64,000 nt of DNA. Source: Dimorphilus gyrociliatus (taxonomy: Eukaryota; Animalia; Annelida). Positions 11,952-24,059 of the stretch are shown in pieces. The notes under the pieces are model-generated. The model searched no databases, was not told where the DNA came from, and saw only the letters and a program-made list of their open reading frames with translations. Location of the stretch: positions 6,642 to 70,641 of the forward strand of contig CAJFCJ010000054.1 in NCBI GenBank assembly GCA_904063045.1, read 5' to 3'. The position numbers were made by a program, and so were the translations under genes. Numbering within the stretch: position 1 is the first letter of the stretch; every line of letters starts with the position of its first letter.

Positions 11952-14734
11952 GGGGTCGGGAAAAAACGTCCTTGGGAAAAAACGTCCCTGGGAAAAAACG
12001 TCCCAGGGCGGGAAAAAACGTCCTAATTGTTGGGAAAAAACGTCCTATGCCTGGCTAAAGATATACTTGGCATAATTATTTATACTTATAATCAGAAATG
12101 TTTTTCTCTTTGCTGTTTATTTCATTTATAGAATAAAATATTAATATTTTTGAAGAAAGGGATATGTATTGTGATGTTTTTACCAGTTTTCTCTGAATTA
12201 TGTAATGCTATTAAAAGAGAAATGAGTTATTTCCTTGTCTTGTCTGTAAGTGAAAGATAAATTTTGCATTTCTTGGCATATTTTCAGGCTAATTTGTTTT
12301 TTAAGCATTGAAACTCTGGTATTGATTTAGTTTATTGAATATTACAAGATTATACATTTTTTAAGAACACTTCTTTCCAGTGAGTTATTATTTATAATTT
12401 TTGTATAGGCAGCCATATTTGATAGTTGAAAGTGAATTTATTTTTGCAGAAACTTAGTAATGGCACCTGTTTGTATTAATTGTAATAAAAGATTTTATGG
12501 CAGACAGAGAAAGATGAAATGCAATGACTGCCAAGATTATGTCCATGCCAAATGCATCAAAGGTCTGTCTCTTTATATGTTTTTATTAAATTATTCACTT
12601 TTTTCATTTTCAATTTAGAATCTGAAAGAGTATTTTGCAATAATTGTGCAGAAAAATTCAGGATTCAAGAAACTACATGTTCACTTTGTCATCATATCTG
12701 TAAAGGTGATATTTACTATGTAAAACATACATTTATTTAACTTTGCTTAATATTACAGAAATGAAAGATGATAAGTGTTCTTCATGCAAAAGTTTGAGTG
12801 AAAGATATTGTCTCATTAGTTTATCAGATGTGATCAATGATGATCCTATTGTAAAAGCTGCTCTGAGTTGTACTCATAATAATATGGTTAAAGACAATTG
12901 TAGTCTTAAAGAAGTTAGCAATACTTCTAATATGGAGGAAAATTTATTGCATGAAAATGAAACTGAAAATAATGAGAATACGGAAAGCGCAGACAAATTT
13001 CATATTATTATTGGTGGAAGTCAAAAAGGGAAAGATATTTTGACCAACAATGGCTATGCTTTTAATATAAAATCTAGAAGTGACAAGAGAACCATCTGGA
13101 GATGTTCTGTTAGAAATAAGAATATTCAATGTCCAGTTATTATTCAACAAAAAGGAAATATTTTCATAAAGAGTAAACATGAACACAATCATAACAAAAG
13201 GAAAAGCCTTATTGTGAATATTTCTGCTAGAAAAGAATTGAGAGCAATCTGTAATGCAGACATCAAGTCATCTGGAAGAGCAATTGCTGAAGATCTATTA
13301 ATTAATTTAAATAAAAGTGAAAATAACCTACCAAAACTGGAAAATCTGAGGAGATTAGCCAATATCAATAGGCAAAAATCAAGGCCTAAAGAACCAAACG
13401 AAATTGATTTTGAACTTAATACAACATTTATACCAGATGATTTTCTTCAAAGTGATATTGTTGTAAGAAATCAAAGAGTTTTACTATTTGCTTCTAAGCA
13501 CCAGCTGTCTTTATTATGTAAAAGTAAAGTATGGTATTTAGATGGCACTTTCAAGGCTGTGAAGGATCCATTTGTACAGCTTTTTTCTGTTCATTCTTTT
13601 ATTAAAAATGATGGAGAAGCAAAACAAATTCCATTAGCATTTGCTTTTTTAACATCAAAGAAAAAAAAAGTGTACAAAATGATTCTTAAAGTAAGTATGA
13701 TTTGGTTGCTTAATTCTGTTTCATTAACTTCATCTTATCAAAAGGAGATTCAAAAATTGACAAATGATTTTCAACCTGACAAATTTGTAGTTGATTTTGA
13801 ATTAGGTATATGGAGTGCTCTTAACTCAGTTTACCCTAATATTCCTATTCAAGGTTGTGTCTTCCATTGGACACAAGCTGTCTACAGAAAAATTCAAGTA
13901 AGCTTATATTTAAATTCAGTGGTTGGCCTTATTATTAAATTATTGTAGAATTTGGGATACACACAACAATATAATATGGAAAAGAAGAAGGCAGGACTGC
14001 TGAAACAAGTTTTGGCATTACCTTTTCTTCCAGATGAAGCCATTCTAAACAGTTTCTACATGCTAAAAGATGAGGCCTTTGAGAGAAATGAATTTTTGGA
14101 TTTTTTCCAATACATTGAAAGTACTTGGATTAAGCATTCAATTTGGACACCAAATTGTTGGTCTGTATTTGGTCTTGCCATCAGGACCAACAATGATGTT
14201 GAAGGATGGCACAGAAGAATAAATGAAAAGACTCCTGCAAAAGGGTCATTTTATATGCTCATAGATATTTTAAAACAGGAATCAAGTCTTATTCCAGTTG
14301 TAGAGAAACTTCTATCAGAAAAAAGGCTAAAGAAGTATCAGAAGAAAAGTGTCATCCAGAAGCAGAAGCAAGTATTTGCTGTTTGGGATGTCCTCTTGCA
14401 GAAGATTGCATTAATCTATTCAAAATAATTCTCAGTGTCTTAACATACTTTATACTTTATTCTAGTAACTTTTAAACTTTGTATAACATTCTTAGCTTTT
14501 TTCATTTTTAATACATTTTAATAAACATATATTCATTATTAATTATTATATTCTCAGTATATTGCCATTGGTTCCCAAAATAGAGCAATCTTTTTTAAAA
14601 TTCTAATATCTTTTCCCACTACTTGTTTTTCCCAACCTTGGGACATTTTTTCCTAACCTTGGGATGTTTTTTCCCACACTGGGACGTTTTTTCCCAGGGA
14701 CGTTTTTTCCCAAGGACGTTTTTTCCCATACTCC
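11952..14734 (+). mobile_element. Phantom-type Mutator element with tandem-repeat TIRs
   Basis: GGGAAAAAACGTCC repeated about 5x at the left end and inverted about 6x at the right end; no TSD detectable. Confidence 0.92.
12460..14428 (+). CDS. Apparently intact spliced PHD-FLYWCH-MULE transposase (584 aa, 5 exons)
   Basis: Exons 12460-12562, 12619-12705, 12759-13690, 13745-13897 and 13949-14428 join in frame through GT-AG introns. Motifs WYLDGTFK, VVDFE, GCVFHW, TNNDVEGWH. Confidence 0.85.
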
Positions 14735-15241
14735 TTTTTCAGTACCCTAATCAAGAGAGAATGTGCAAGAATCCAAGGTCATCTTTGATTGATGAAATAT
14801 TTAAATGATGTTAATGAATGCTCACCAAAAAAAGAATGAAACAGTTGCCAATTAAGTTGATTGTAGGAGTTATTACCATTACACTAATGGTGTGGCCTGA
14901 CCTCAACATTATCCAACTGGATACTTTTCCCATCAATCATTAAGTTGATATTTAATATCTTCTTTCCTGAATATTTTTTAATGTCTACTAGTTTTTATTA
15001 AAAAAAATAATTTCTGCCAATTTGTCTTTTATTATCAGTATACTTTCTACTTTGAGTAGAACCAGTGATGTTATAACTTGCAAACACATATAGAATATAG
15101 TACACAATGCTATTGTTAAGCTTGAATGTTCAATTAGCTTGGAATCTAGTCAAGATACAGATTGTTTGGTTGTACTCAACAATTTTAAATAGAAAATCAT
15201 AAAGTCTACTGTCTAAAAAGCATACAATATGTCAAAAAAAA

Positions 15242-17538
15242 GAATATGGTTAAAAGGGTCCGCAATTGAAAGGGTCCACAGTTGAAAAGGTCCGCAAGCT
15301 GATTGAAAGGCCCAAATTCATGATTTAACCCTAACCCTAACCTAGCCCTTGTCTCTCCTTAACCTTTTTGATTGCTCCTAACCCTTAGATGGAACCCCCC
15401 TAACTATAAATCAAAAGCTACTTTACCCCTCCTAACCATTTTTCAATCCGAAATGTTGCTTTCAAAAATCTCATTTGGGGACGTTTTCTGTCCGCCCCGT
15501 TAAGAAGATGTGACAAAAAGGAATTTGAAGCTAAACAAACAGTTTCTGACAATGAAATGATTGATTCTCTTCTCACAAGTGATGAAATAGCTGATGAAAA
15601 CCATCCTCAAGAAGATTTGGAAGACCACAAGATTGGCACATATTTTTATACTGATGTACCTATTGCAAAAGATATTACAGTTGTTTCACAAAGAGAAGGA
15701 AGTGTCATTGAAGAAATTGCTGCAAATGTACAATCAAATGAGGACACAAACATGAATGTGTGAACTTTAAGTGAAAACATGATAAATTAATAAATTAATA
15801 TACATTTCTATTTTTAACAGATTGATGAAAGTTCATTTGAAGATGTGGAAGAGAGTATTTTGCTGACTGATGGATCTTTTGAAATATTTGAAAATGGAAG
15901 TCAAAAAGGAAAACCTCTGCTTCTTCATAATGGATTTTCATATACAGTTAAACAAACAAGAAAATGTAATCGAATTTGGAAATGTAGTGGCAAAAATAAA
16001 AAAAGAAAATGTCCTGGAAGTGTTAATGAAAATGGTGGTAACTTTACATTAGGCTCTAAACCTCACAATCATTCACCAAAGAAAAATCTAAAGCAAATTA
16101 CAAAAATGAAAGTGCAAATAAAAAAAAGAGCAGAATCAGAAAAAAAGACATCTGCATTGAGAATTGTGGAAGATGCCTATATTCAACAAGATATTGTGTC
16201 AAATTTTCCAAAAATTACAAATTGCAAGCAGGTTGTTAATTACCACAGAAGAAAAAACCAACCAAAAGAACCAGAATCCTTGACATTTTTACTTAATCAC
16301 TCCTTTATTGCTGATGGTTTCCTTCAATGTGATTTATTACATCAAAATGAAAGAGTGTTAATTTTTGCAACAGCAAAACAATTAAAACTATTATCATCAT
16401 CAAAGATTTGGTATATGGATGGCACCTTTAAAGTTGTCAATCAACCATTCAAGCAAATGTTTTCAATCCATAGTTTTTTGAAAAAAGATGGAGAAATAAA
16501 ACAAGTTCCATTGCTTTTTGCTCTGCTTTCTTTCCAAAAAGAGAGCAGCATACTCACTTTTGTTCAAAGTATGTTTTCAAATGATATTGAATACATGTAA
16601 GATTAACCTTTTCCTTTTTCATCAGAATGTAAAAGAATTGATTGGTGATTATTCACCCAAAACCATAAGAATGGATTTTTAGAAGGCACTTTGGAAAGCA
16701 GTCTCAAAATTGTTTCCTGCAGCTAAATCAAAAGGTTGTTTATTCCATTGGAGCCAAGCAGTCTTCAGAAAAATTCAAGTGATATTGAAAATTAATAATA
16801 AAATGTATAATATTAATTTTTTTGTTTGTTTCAAAGGAACTAGGATATGCATCAGATTACAAAAATCACACAGGTCAATATGCTGAAATGAGAACTTTAA
16901 TGGCTTTGCCATTTCTACCTCCAAATATCATTCCACAGGAATTTAACAAAATAAAAGAGTACTTTAATAGCATTAGGAAACTAGGTGATTTGATTAATTA
17001 TATAGAAAACACATGGATAGATACTTATATATGGCCACCTTCTTCATGGTCTGTTTTTGATGTTGCTATAAGAACCAACAATGATGTGGAAGGTTTTCCT
17101 AACAGATTGAATTTAAATGTTGGAAACAGCAAATCATTTTATAATCTTCTAGATGAGTTAAAAAGAGAAGCTGATCTTGTGCCAGTAATACAAAAAATGC
17201 TGTCTGAAAAAAAATTGATTTATGTAAATCTGCAAAAGAAGATTTTTGATATATGGGAAAATTTCAAAATTGGGCACATAACATGTTCAGAAGTCTTAGA
17301 TATTTGTTCCAAGTTATACTTTTCAAATTGACATAAATTTAATCAACAAATTTTCATTTACTTTATCAGTTTGAAACAAAATAAATTATTACAAATTAGC
17401 CATTCGTTATCTTTTTCATTTCTTTTCTTTTTTTATGATTTCATAAGAAAAAACATTTTCAAGTCTTTTTACTTTTCTTGCGGACCCTTTCAATCAGCCT
17501 GTGGACCCTTTCAATTGCGGACCCTTTCAACCGGTTCC
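15242..17538 (+). mobile_element. Third FLYWCH-MULE element, complete ends, frameshifted transposase
   Basis: TIRs with TTGAAAGGGTCCGC repeats; 9-bp TSD CAAAAAAAA at 15233-15241 and 17539-17547. Motifs WYMDGTFK, GCLFHW, TNNDVEG; frameshifts at ~16545 and ~16680. Confidence 0.9.
15320..15498 (-). mobile_element. One-ended relative of the TTAGGG MITE nested in the MULE
   Basis: Reverse complement of the MITE left half, ending GACGTTTTCTGTCCGCCCC; CCCTAA repeats at 15329-15345. Confidence 0.7.
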
Positions 17539-17549
17539 CAAAAAAAAGG

Positions 17550-18420
17550 GATATCAATCAACTTCAACAAAATGAAATTGAAAAGTCATCTAGCACTTTG
17601 AAAAATATTGGTTCAGGTTGTGCTGATTTGAATGAAGGACACAGTACAAAGAAATTGGCTGAAGCATAGTTTCACAAAGCAAACAACACATCCTATCCAC
17701 AATAATGAATTTTTAAATATTTGTGAAGGACTTCAAAGGTCATCAAGCACTTTGAAAGATGTTAATATCAGATTCTTTAAATTAAATAGAGAACAAAGTA
17801 AAGAGCTTGGAAATTTGTTTAAACATTATTCTTCAATTGAAACAGTAAATCTATCAGGTAATGTTCACATGGGAAATGGATTTTTGAATATTTGTGAAGG
17901 ACTTCAAACATCATCAAGCACTTTGAAAAATTTTGATTTGGATTGCTGTGATTTACAAACAGAAGAAAGTAAAGAGTTTCAAAATTTGCTTAAACATTGT
18001 TCTACAATAGAAAAAATTGATCTATCGTTTAATAGAAATATGGAAGATTATTGAATATTCGTGAAGGACTTCAAATGTCATCCAAAACTTTGAAAGTTGT
18101 TAATTTCAGTTCCTGTGATTTAGATGACCAACACATTACAGTTAGAAAGAATAGAATACAGTTGTTTTAATGAAAAACAGTACAGAGATTGGAAATTTGC
18201 TTAAACATTGTTCTAAAATAGAAACAATTAATCTATCACATAATGAATGCATGAGAAATGAATTTTTGAATATTTATGAAGGACTTCAAAGATCATCAAA
18301 CACTTGTCGATATATTTCTGTACGTGGTATTCATTTAAATGATGAACAAATTAGAGCAATTAGAAATTTTGGAGAAGATTTCACTTTAAAAAAAAGGATG
18401 TTGACATTTTCTAATTTTTT
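17550..18420 (+). pseudogene. RI-like LRR array relic (171-bp/57-aa units)
   Basis: GAAGGACTTCAAA motif at 17725, 17896, 18063 and 18278; NICEGLQxSSSTLK...LLKHCSxIExINLS; frameshifts present. Confidence 0.8.
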
Positions 18421-18649
18421 TCCATTTTTACAGCTCCTTTCCATTTTTTCAAGTCAGATTGAATATTAAATTTTTTTATGATAGGCTGAATCTTGTTGTG
18501 CAATATAAAATTTCCCGACAATTTAGCCAACTGATGTTGACATGGTCTTGTTTTTATGTGTGGAAAAATCACAATAATCTTTTCCTTTAGTTTATGAATT
18601 AACAGTTAATGAATATATAAATATTATTGAATGCAACAGTACAAACCTT

Positions 18650-18900
18650 TTTAGGGATTCCAAAACATTTCATGTGCCAACTCTCAACATTATTGTTTGT
18701 TTTGACAACAAGTTGGTAGACAGACCAAAACTTTGGCTTCCAAATTTTTCAATCAAGTTTTTTGAATGTGTTCCACAAGATCATTGTACATATTCTTTTC
18801 TAAAAGTTCTTTCTTGATTTGGTGAAATTTTGAAGTAATAAATTCTTTTGGAAGATATAGAAGACAACTTTCAACTTTCTCAATATATTTTCTTCATAAT
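18650..18900 (-). mobile_element. Degenerate MULE transposase C-terminal fragment
   Basis: IWKPKFWSVYQLVVKTNNNVESWH across frameshifts. Confidence 0.6.
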
Positions 18901-19570
18901 TAACAATTATTAATTTTTAAGTTGGCTAAAAGAAAATTAGGATATCCCCTACTAGAAAGAGTTGCAAAATCAGAAGAGGAAAAAGAGATGAAAATAAAAA
19001 TCATCAAAGCAGAATAAGGGCACATGGAAAAACCCATAAATATTAAGGATGCAGTGAGAACAGCAGTATTTCTAAAATCAGTTGACAGAAATTTCGTCAA
19101 CTTGCAAGAAACTTTTAACCCACTCTCAAGAATGTTATGTAGAGCATTTGTGCGGAGGAATAGGCTGATAACTTTATTAAGTCCTATCACACCTCAGTTA
19201 CCTACAGTTTTATCTGAAGAGAAAGGAACACACTTGGCTGGGAGACCTCACAACAATTAATTATTGTACACAACACAAATCTATTCAGATTATATGTGAC
19301 ACAAACATTATTGTGAAAGATGGTAAATGCTCGAAGCAACTATTGACCAAGTATAAAGAGTTAATACTCTCAGTGGAACCCGTAACCCATTAGATATGTG
19401 AAATAAGTCTAAAAGATATGATATATGGCGAATGTGTTACTGAGCAAAATCTATTCAAGGTAAAAGATAATCCCTTAGATAGTCAGAGTAATAACAAACA
19501 GAAAATGTTTATTCATTATTCTACAAATTGATACAAATTCAGGAAAGTGGCTGCTCAATCAATAAGGATT

Positions 19571-19720
19571 TTACCCTTAGACTAACCTTGCTCTTGTTTT
19601 GCCTAAACTTTTTCAATGCCCCTAACCCTTAGATGAGACCCTCCTAAGTATGTCTCAATAGCTATTTTCCTAACTATTTCCCAACCTAAAATCTGACTTT
19701 CAAATATTTCATTTATGGCC
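19571..19720 (-). mobile_element. Degenerate copy of the TTAGGG MITE internal region
   Basis: CCCCTAACCCTTAGATGAGACCCTCCTAA matches the MITE core in reverse. Confidence 0.5.
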
Positions 19721-20001
19721 ATTGTACACTTATGAACTATATTTAATAGAGATTTTATAAATAATAATTAAAATATAGTAGAAGTGTAGCAGTAGATGTT
19801 GCCTCAAAGGTAGATGGTACTGAACTACCAGAATCAACCCCTTTTATAGGCAAAGGAAAAGATGTTACATAACTAGACATGTTGACAACAACAAGTGTTT
19901 ATTAACATAAATATGATGTAAGAATTGACCCTTAAGGGTTTACCTATACAAAGCTGTTGTTTACATCACTATTGCATAATATGATAACACTTGATCCTGT
20001 T

Positions 20002-20300
20002 TGTTGTGAACAATCCTTATCTGGGGTTAGACCCTTGTTGTTGACAGCTAAGGTATAAACAACTGATAAGGAATTGTATAAAAGCAGGGCGTAGGTAGTA
20101 ATAGGCATTCAGTCCTGAATGAACCCTCTTAGTGAACAGGTCTATTATTACTTTAGAATACAGTTATATTAATCTTACAATTTGGTTCTATATTCATCTT
20201 CCCTCAATTCTATATCTCTCTTCTAAGTGGCTTACTCCTCATCCAGTTCTATTTGGACCAGTACTAACCTACAACTACATTGCAGGAAAGTACATCAACA
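20002..20300 (+). mobile_element. Solo LTR, family A (299 bp)
   Basis: TGTTG...CAACA inverted termini; homologous to 9576-9859; no PBS or PPT adjacent. Confidence 0.8.
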
Positions 20301-20459
20301 TTTTTTCAAGTTACCTAAGAAAGTTTGTAGGACAAAGTTTTTAATTTCAACAATCCTTATCTCTTTGCACAATATATCCAACATACACTTATGCAACTAT
20401 AACCCAACACTGCCAGCAAGTTGATATAATCAATTAATCAACATTATTGTTATGGTTTA

Positions 20460-21139
20460 TGTGCACTAAGGTGTAATGAAATATCAATATTTAGACTTTA
20501 GTTATAAGGGTACATTAGAAAGATTTCTATTTTGTAGGAATTAGAATGGTGCAACTTTTGAAAGACTTTTTTTAGTAGAGTTAGCTTTTAGTACTTTAGA
20601 AAGAACTCTATTTCGTAGGAAATAGGCTCTTTGACTGTAACAGATGGCGGCTATTTTTGAGTTCGCAAAAGAATAAAAAACATGGAAAAGATGCATGTCA
20701 AAGCTGTCTAAAGATTATACTTTATATGTGTGATATAACAGTCTTTCATATTTTGATACTTGAGAATTTTAAGATTGTAAGATTTCAACTTTGCAAGCCT
20801 TTGACCAATTGAACCCAAACTTTGGGAAATCTATAAAATGAAATGCATTTCCCCAGCTGGTCAGTTCAGTTCTTTAACTGTTAGCAGATTGTTTAAACTT
20901 GCTTGTTTTGGAGTGGAAACTCATTTACTCGGTACATATTCTTTGGACGAAATACTGTTGTTTTGTTGATTAATTTCTAAAGAAATTACACTTTTGGAGA
21001 CTATTTGTGGACGAACTTGAAAGGTTCTATATGGTGTGAGTACTTTGGTGCATTGATAAATGATTGGAAAGGACAAATACTGTTCTGAAGAAGCAGAAAT
21101 TCCTACAATTACAATACAACAAAGTACAAATATGGCGCA
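20460..21139 (+). mobile_element. LTR family B (~670 bp) followed by a truncated PBS TGGCGCA
   Basis: Begins TGTGCACT and ends AAAGTACAAATA-TGGCGCA. Partial copies at 430-627, 9345-9420, 27100-27190, 45850-46140 and 52410-52635 (reverse). Confidence 0.65.
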
Positions 21140-21661
21140 ATGTTATAAAATAATATATAACTCTTTTCTCCTGTGGGATTGAAATTTAATTTGTAAAAAC
21201 ATAGGCTCTCCTTCAGATGACGAGTTGAGAAGAGTTGTTAATATAGAAAGAACAATGGTGGGGGGATTTTTAAAATATTGTTCATTGTTAGAAATATTAA
21301 TTAATATTTGCACCAGTACTTACCAAACACTAACCACATGACAAAAAAGTACATTTATCCAATCTAATAGTTGATTAGTATTAATGTTCACACATTTTTA
21401 ATATTTTCTCTTAACAAAGACAAATTTACAATTAATAATACAAGATATATAATACTCACATAATAATTAACTTTTTCAATAGTTCAGAGTTCAATTAAAT
21501 CATATTTATGTTGAAAGAACTCACCAAATGGTTATGATATTAACAGATTTGTCCTAATTAATTTCCAATACTATTCACAGCAAATTGAAAATAATAGTGC
21601 CATTATATTAGAATTAATGTTGCACCTGGACTCTTTAGTGGTCTAACATTAAAATTGAAAA

Positions 21662-22021
21662 ATGAAGATTTTCGTATTTTCTCTACTTGTTCTATTTGTA
21701 GCCTACCAAGCTCATGTAAATGCAGCATTTGGTGATTTGAATGAAAAAGAAAAAGGTTTGGCTGAAGATGAAAATTTATTTCAAGATGTAGAGGAAAGAG
21801 CAATTGATGAACATATTGAAGAAGCTTTAATGAAAGTATGTATTGAAATCTGTACTGTAATGTTGTCTTTTTATCATTTGTTTGCTTTTCAGAGAGGACG
21901 TCTCATTGGAAATTATTATTTCAAGTGTGGAGCATGCGTACTAAACCCAAGAGGCAAAGGATGTCAAAGAATCATTAGATTGTGTATTTTGAAATTTGGA
22001 ATCAAGATTGCAAAATCATAA
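21662..22021 (+). CDS. Two-exon prepro-peptide (100 aa): signal, acidic propeptide, KR, cationic 4-Cys 41-aa peptide (antimicrobial/toxin-like)
   Basis: Exons 21662-21835 and 21893-22021 with a 57-nt GTATGT...TTTTCAG intron. Spliced product MKIFVFSLLVLFVAYQAHVNA|AFGDL...EEALMKR|GRLIGNYYFKCGACVLNPRGKGCQRIIRLCILKFGIKIAKS. Confidence 0.8.
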   Translation: MKIFVFSLLVLFVAYQAHVNAAFGDLNEKEKGLAEDENLFQDVEERAIDEHIEEALMKVCIEICTVMLSFYHLFAFQRGRLIGNYYFKCGACVLNPRGKGCQRIIRLCILKFGIKIAKS

Positions 22022-22439
22022 TGAATGATTAAAAAGAAAAATTCAGCAGATTTTAGTATTTAAAATAATCAATTTTTATTCTTAAAATGAAATGTTATTT
22101 TAAATAAATATTGTAATCATTTCAAATAATAAATCTTAAAAATGTTTCAATGAACAAAGAAGCTCAGCACTTCCATTTTGGTAGATTATATATTCATTAC
22201 CAACTTTGTCAAGTGTTTTAAAATAGCCATGAGACAACTATGTGAGTTCTTTGAGAAAGCTCACCACCAAAATTATGTTTTCTTCTTATTTCTACTATTA
22301 TTACAGAAGTTATTTTTGCATTCAATTTGCCTTTGATTTAAGGCATATTTCTTGGCTGCTATTCTCCCATTCAGAGAATTTTTTCTCAAAATGGCTGTCA
22401 CTATTATTAATGAAAGGGGAATAGGTAAACTGGTATCAT

Positions 22440-22600
22440 GCAGCACTTCTCGAGCTGTCCATTTTGGGATGTTTTTGCTTGCTCCGGTTATTTGTCTCTC
22501 AATCTTGGGTATTTCAATTTTGGCATCCCACTTCTGGACCTGTCTTTTACAGATTTTCTTTCTAAAAACTTATTATTCTGAACAGTTTTTTTGCTGCATT
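22440..22600 (-). mobile_element. Tc1-family N-terminal HTH fragment
   Basis: CSKKTV...KFLERKSVKDRSRSGMP resembles the Tc1 paired-like HTH/GRP motif. Confidence 0.4.
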
Positions 22601-24002
22601 TGAAAAGCAAATGTAATTTCGGTAGAAATGAATCAACAAAACATGAGTATCTCGTCCAAAGAAAAGACGCTTCTTTCTTTTTCATTTTGAAAATGAAAAC
22701 GTTCTATTTAATTTTCATTCATATTATCTGTTTGTCGCCAATTCCTTTATTAAAAGCAAGTGGCACAGGTAAGATAAAAAATATTTGTTATCCTAAAATT
22801 GACTTCTGGTTTAATCAAATTACAAGATTTGAAACCAAATCATAAACAACAATGTTTTGAATATAACAAAGAATTTATTGACACTGGCCTATTTCTAGAA
22901 TCAAGAGAAATACAAGCTGATAAAGATATTGGATTGGGCTAATTCAAGTGTTTGTCAAGGATTTGAAGTAGTCTATGAATTTTCAAAAATGCTCACTTTC
23001 TATATTTATTTATCTATTAGAGACATTTGGAAGAGATTACAAACTAGAAAACAATTCCATCTATGTTTATAGCCTGCCACCCTACATTCATAATCAATTC
23101 AAATCATTTAGTTTTAAATTGTTCAAAATGAAGAGTAACTTATGGAATGATTGTGGTAATTGTACTAATTTCATTTTATTTCGGCAGTTGTGCCATCTTT
23201 AAAATTTTCTTATCATTTTTATCAAAGAAAGATACTGAAATTGTTAATCCTATATCGATAATCTTTTCGTCTCTTGATCAATTTTTTTATCAATTGTAAC
23301 GAAACCAACAATATTTGGATATCTACAACTAATGATATGATTCAATTTGGCTAAGGTCTGTTACGTAATGTAAATACATTATCATAAATTTGGCCAATTT
23401 AATAGACTCCATACAATTTAATATGAATGCTTTACAATTATGCCTACTAATATAAACATTTTATTACAATCTTAAAAACCTAAGGTAAGACAATATCATT
23501 CACTCTTTCTACATTGTTCATCCATACCATATCTATCTTAAATTATTATATTAGTATAGTGGGTACGGTTTCACCTGCTCCCAATCCAACATGTGGAATG
23601 AAAACCTATGCTTTCCAGCATTCTTATCATAATCTCTAGGCCTATAAAAGTTTAGAAAATATGCTAAAGATAAAGTTTTTAAATTGTTATCTACCAGATA
23701 ACCTACCAGTACTAGCTTCTAAATAGATTTAATTCCATAATAAAACAATTCTTTATTGTTGACAATAATCTTTTCCGGAAAAGAATAAGAAGAGAAGAGT
23801 AAATCTTTAAGATTTCATATGATTAGCATCTTTTCATTACTTTTTCTTTTGCTTTTTTTATTTTATAAAAGAAGCAAAATAAATTAAGCAATTTTAATCT
23901 TTTTGATTGATTGATTCTCAGTACAAAATTCTTCTTTTTTCAAATTACCATATTGGGTAATTATGAATTTTTATCTGATAAAATAACTGATAAAAAACAT
24001 TC

Positions 24003-24010
24003 TATATAAA
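24003..24010 (+). promoter_or_regulatory. Candidate TATA box of the NRF-6-like gene
   Basis: TATATAAA ~50 nt upstream of the ATG at 24060; AT-rich background limits confidence. Confidence 0.3.
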
Positions 24011-24059
24011 GAGGTTTACAGAAATCAGACAGAAACTTTCAATTGGACAGTGAGAGAGA

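Noticed and set aside
11952-12050. Regularly repeated GGGAAAAAACGTCC units as a CRISPR array
   Set aside because: Spacers are only 1-8 nt, the array is mirrored in inverted form at 14620-14734 around a transposase, and the context is eukaryotic. These are Mutator subterminal repeats.
18901-19260. ORF as a continuation of gag (KPINIKDAVRTAV)
   Set aside because: Only a vague motif resemblance; needs a profile search.
9576-20300. The two family-A LTRs as ends of one 10.7-kb retrotransposon
   Set aside because: No PPT before the second LTR, no pol between them and no testable TSD. Better read as a 5' LTR plus a separate solo LTR.
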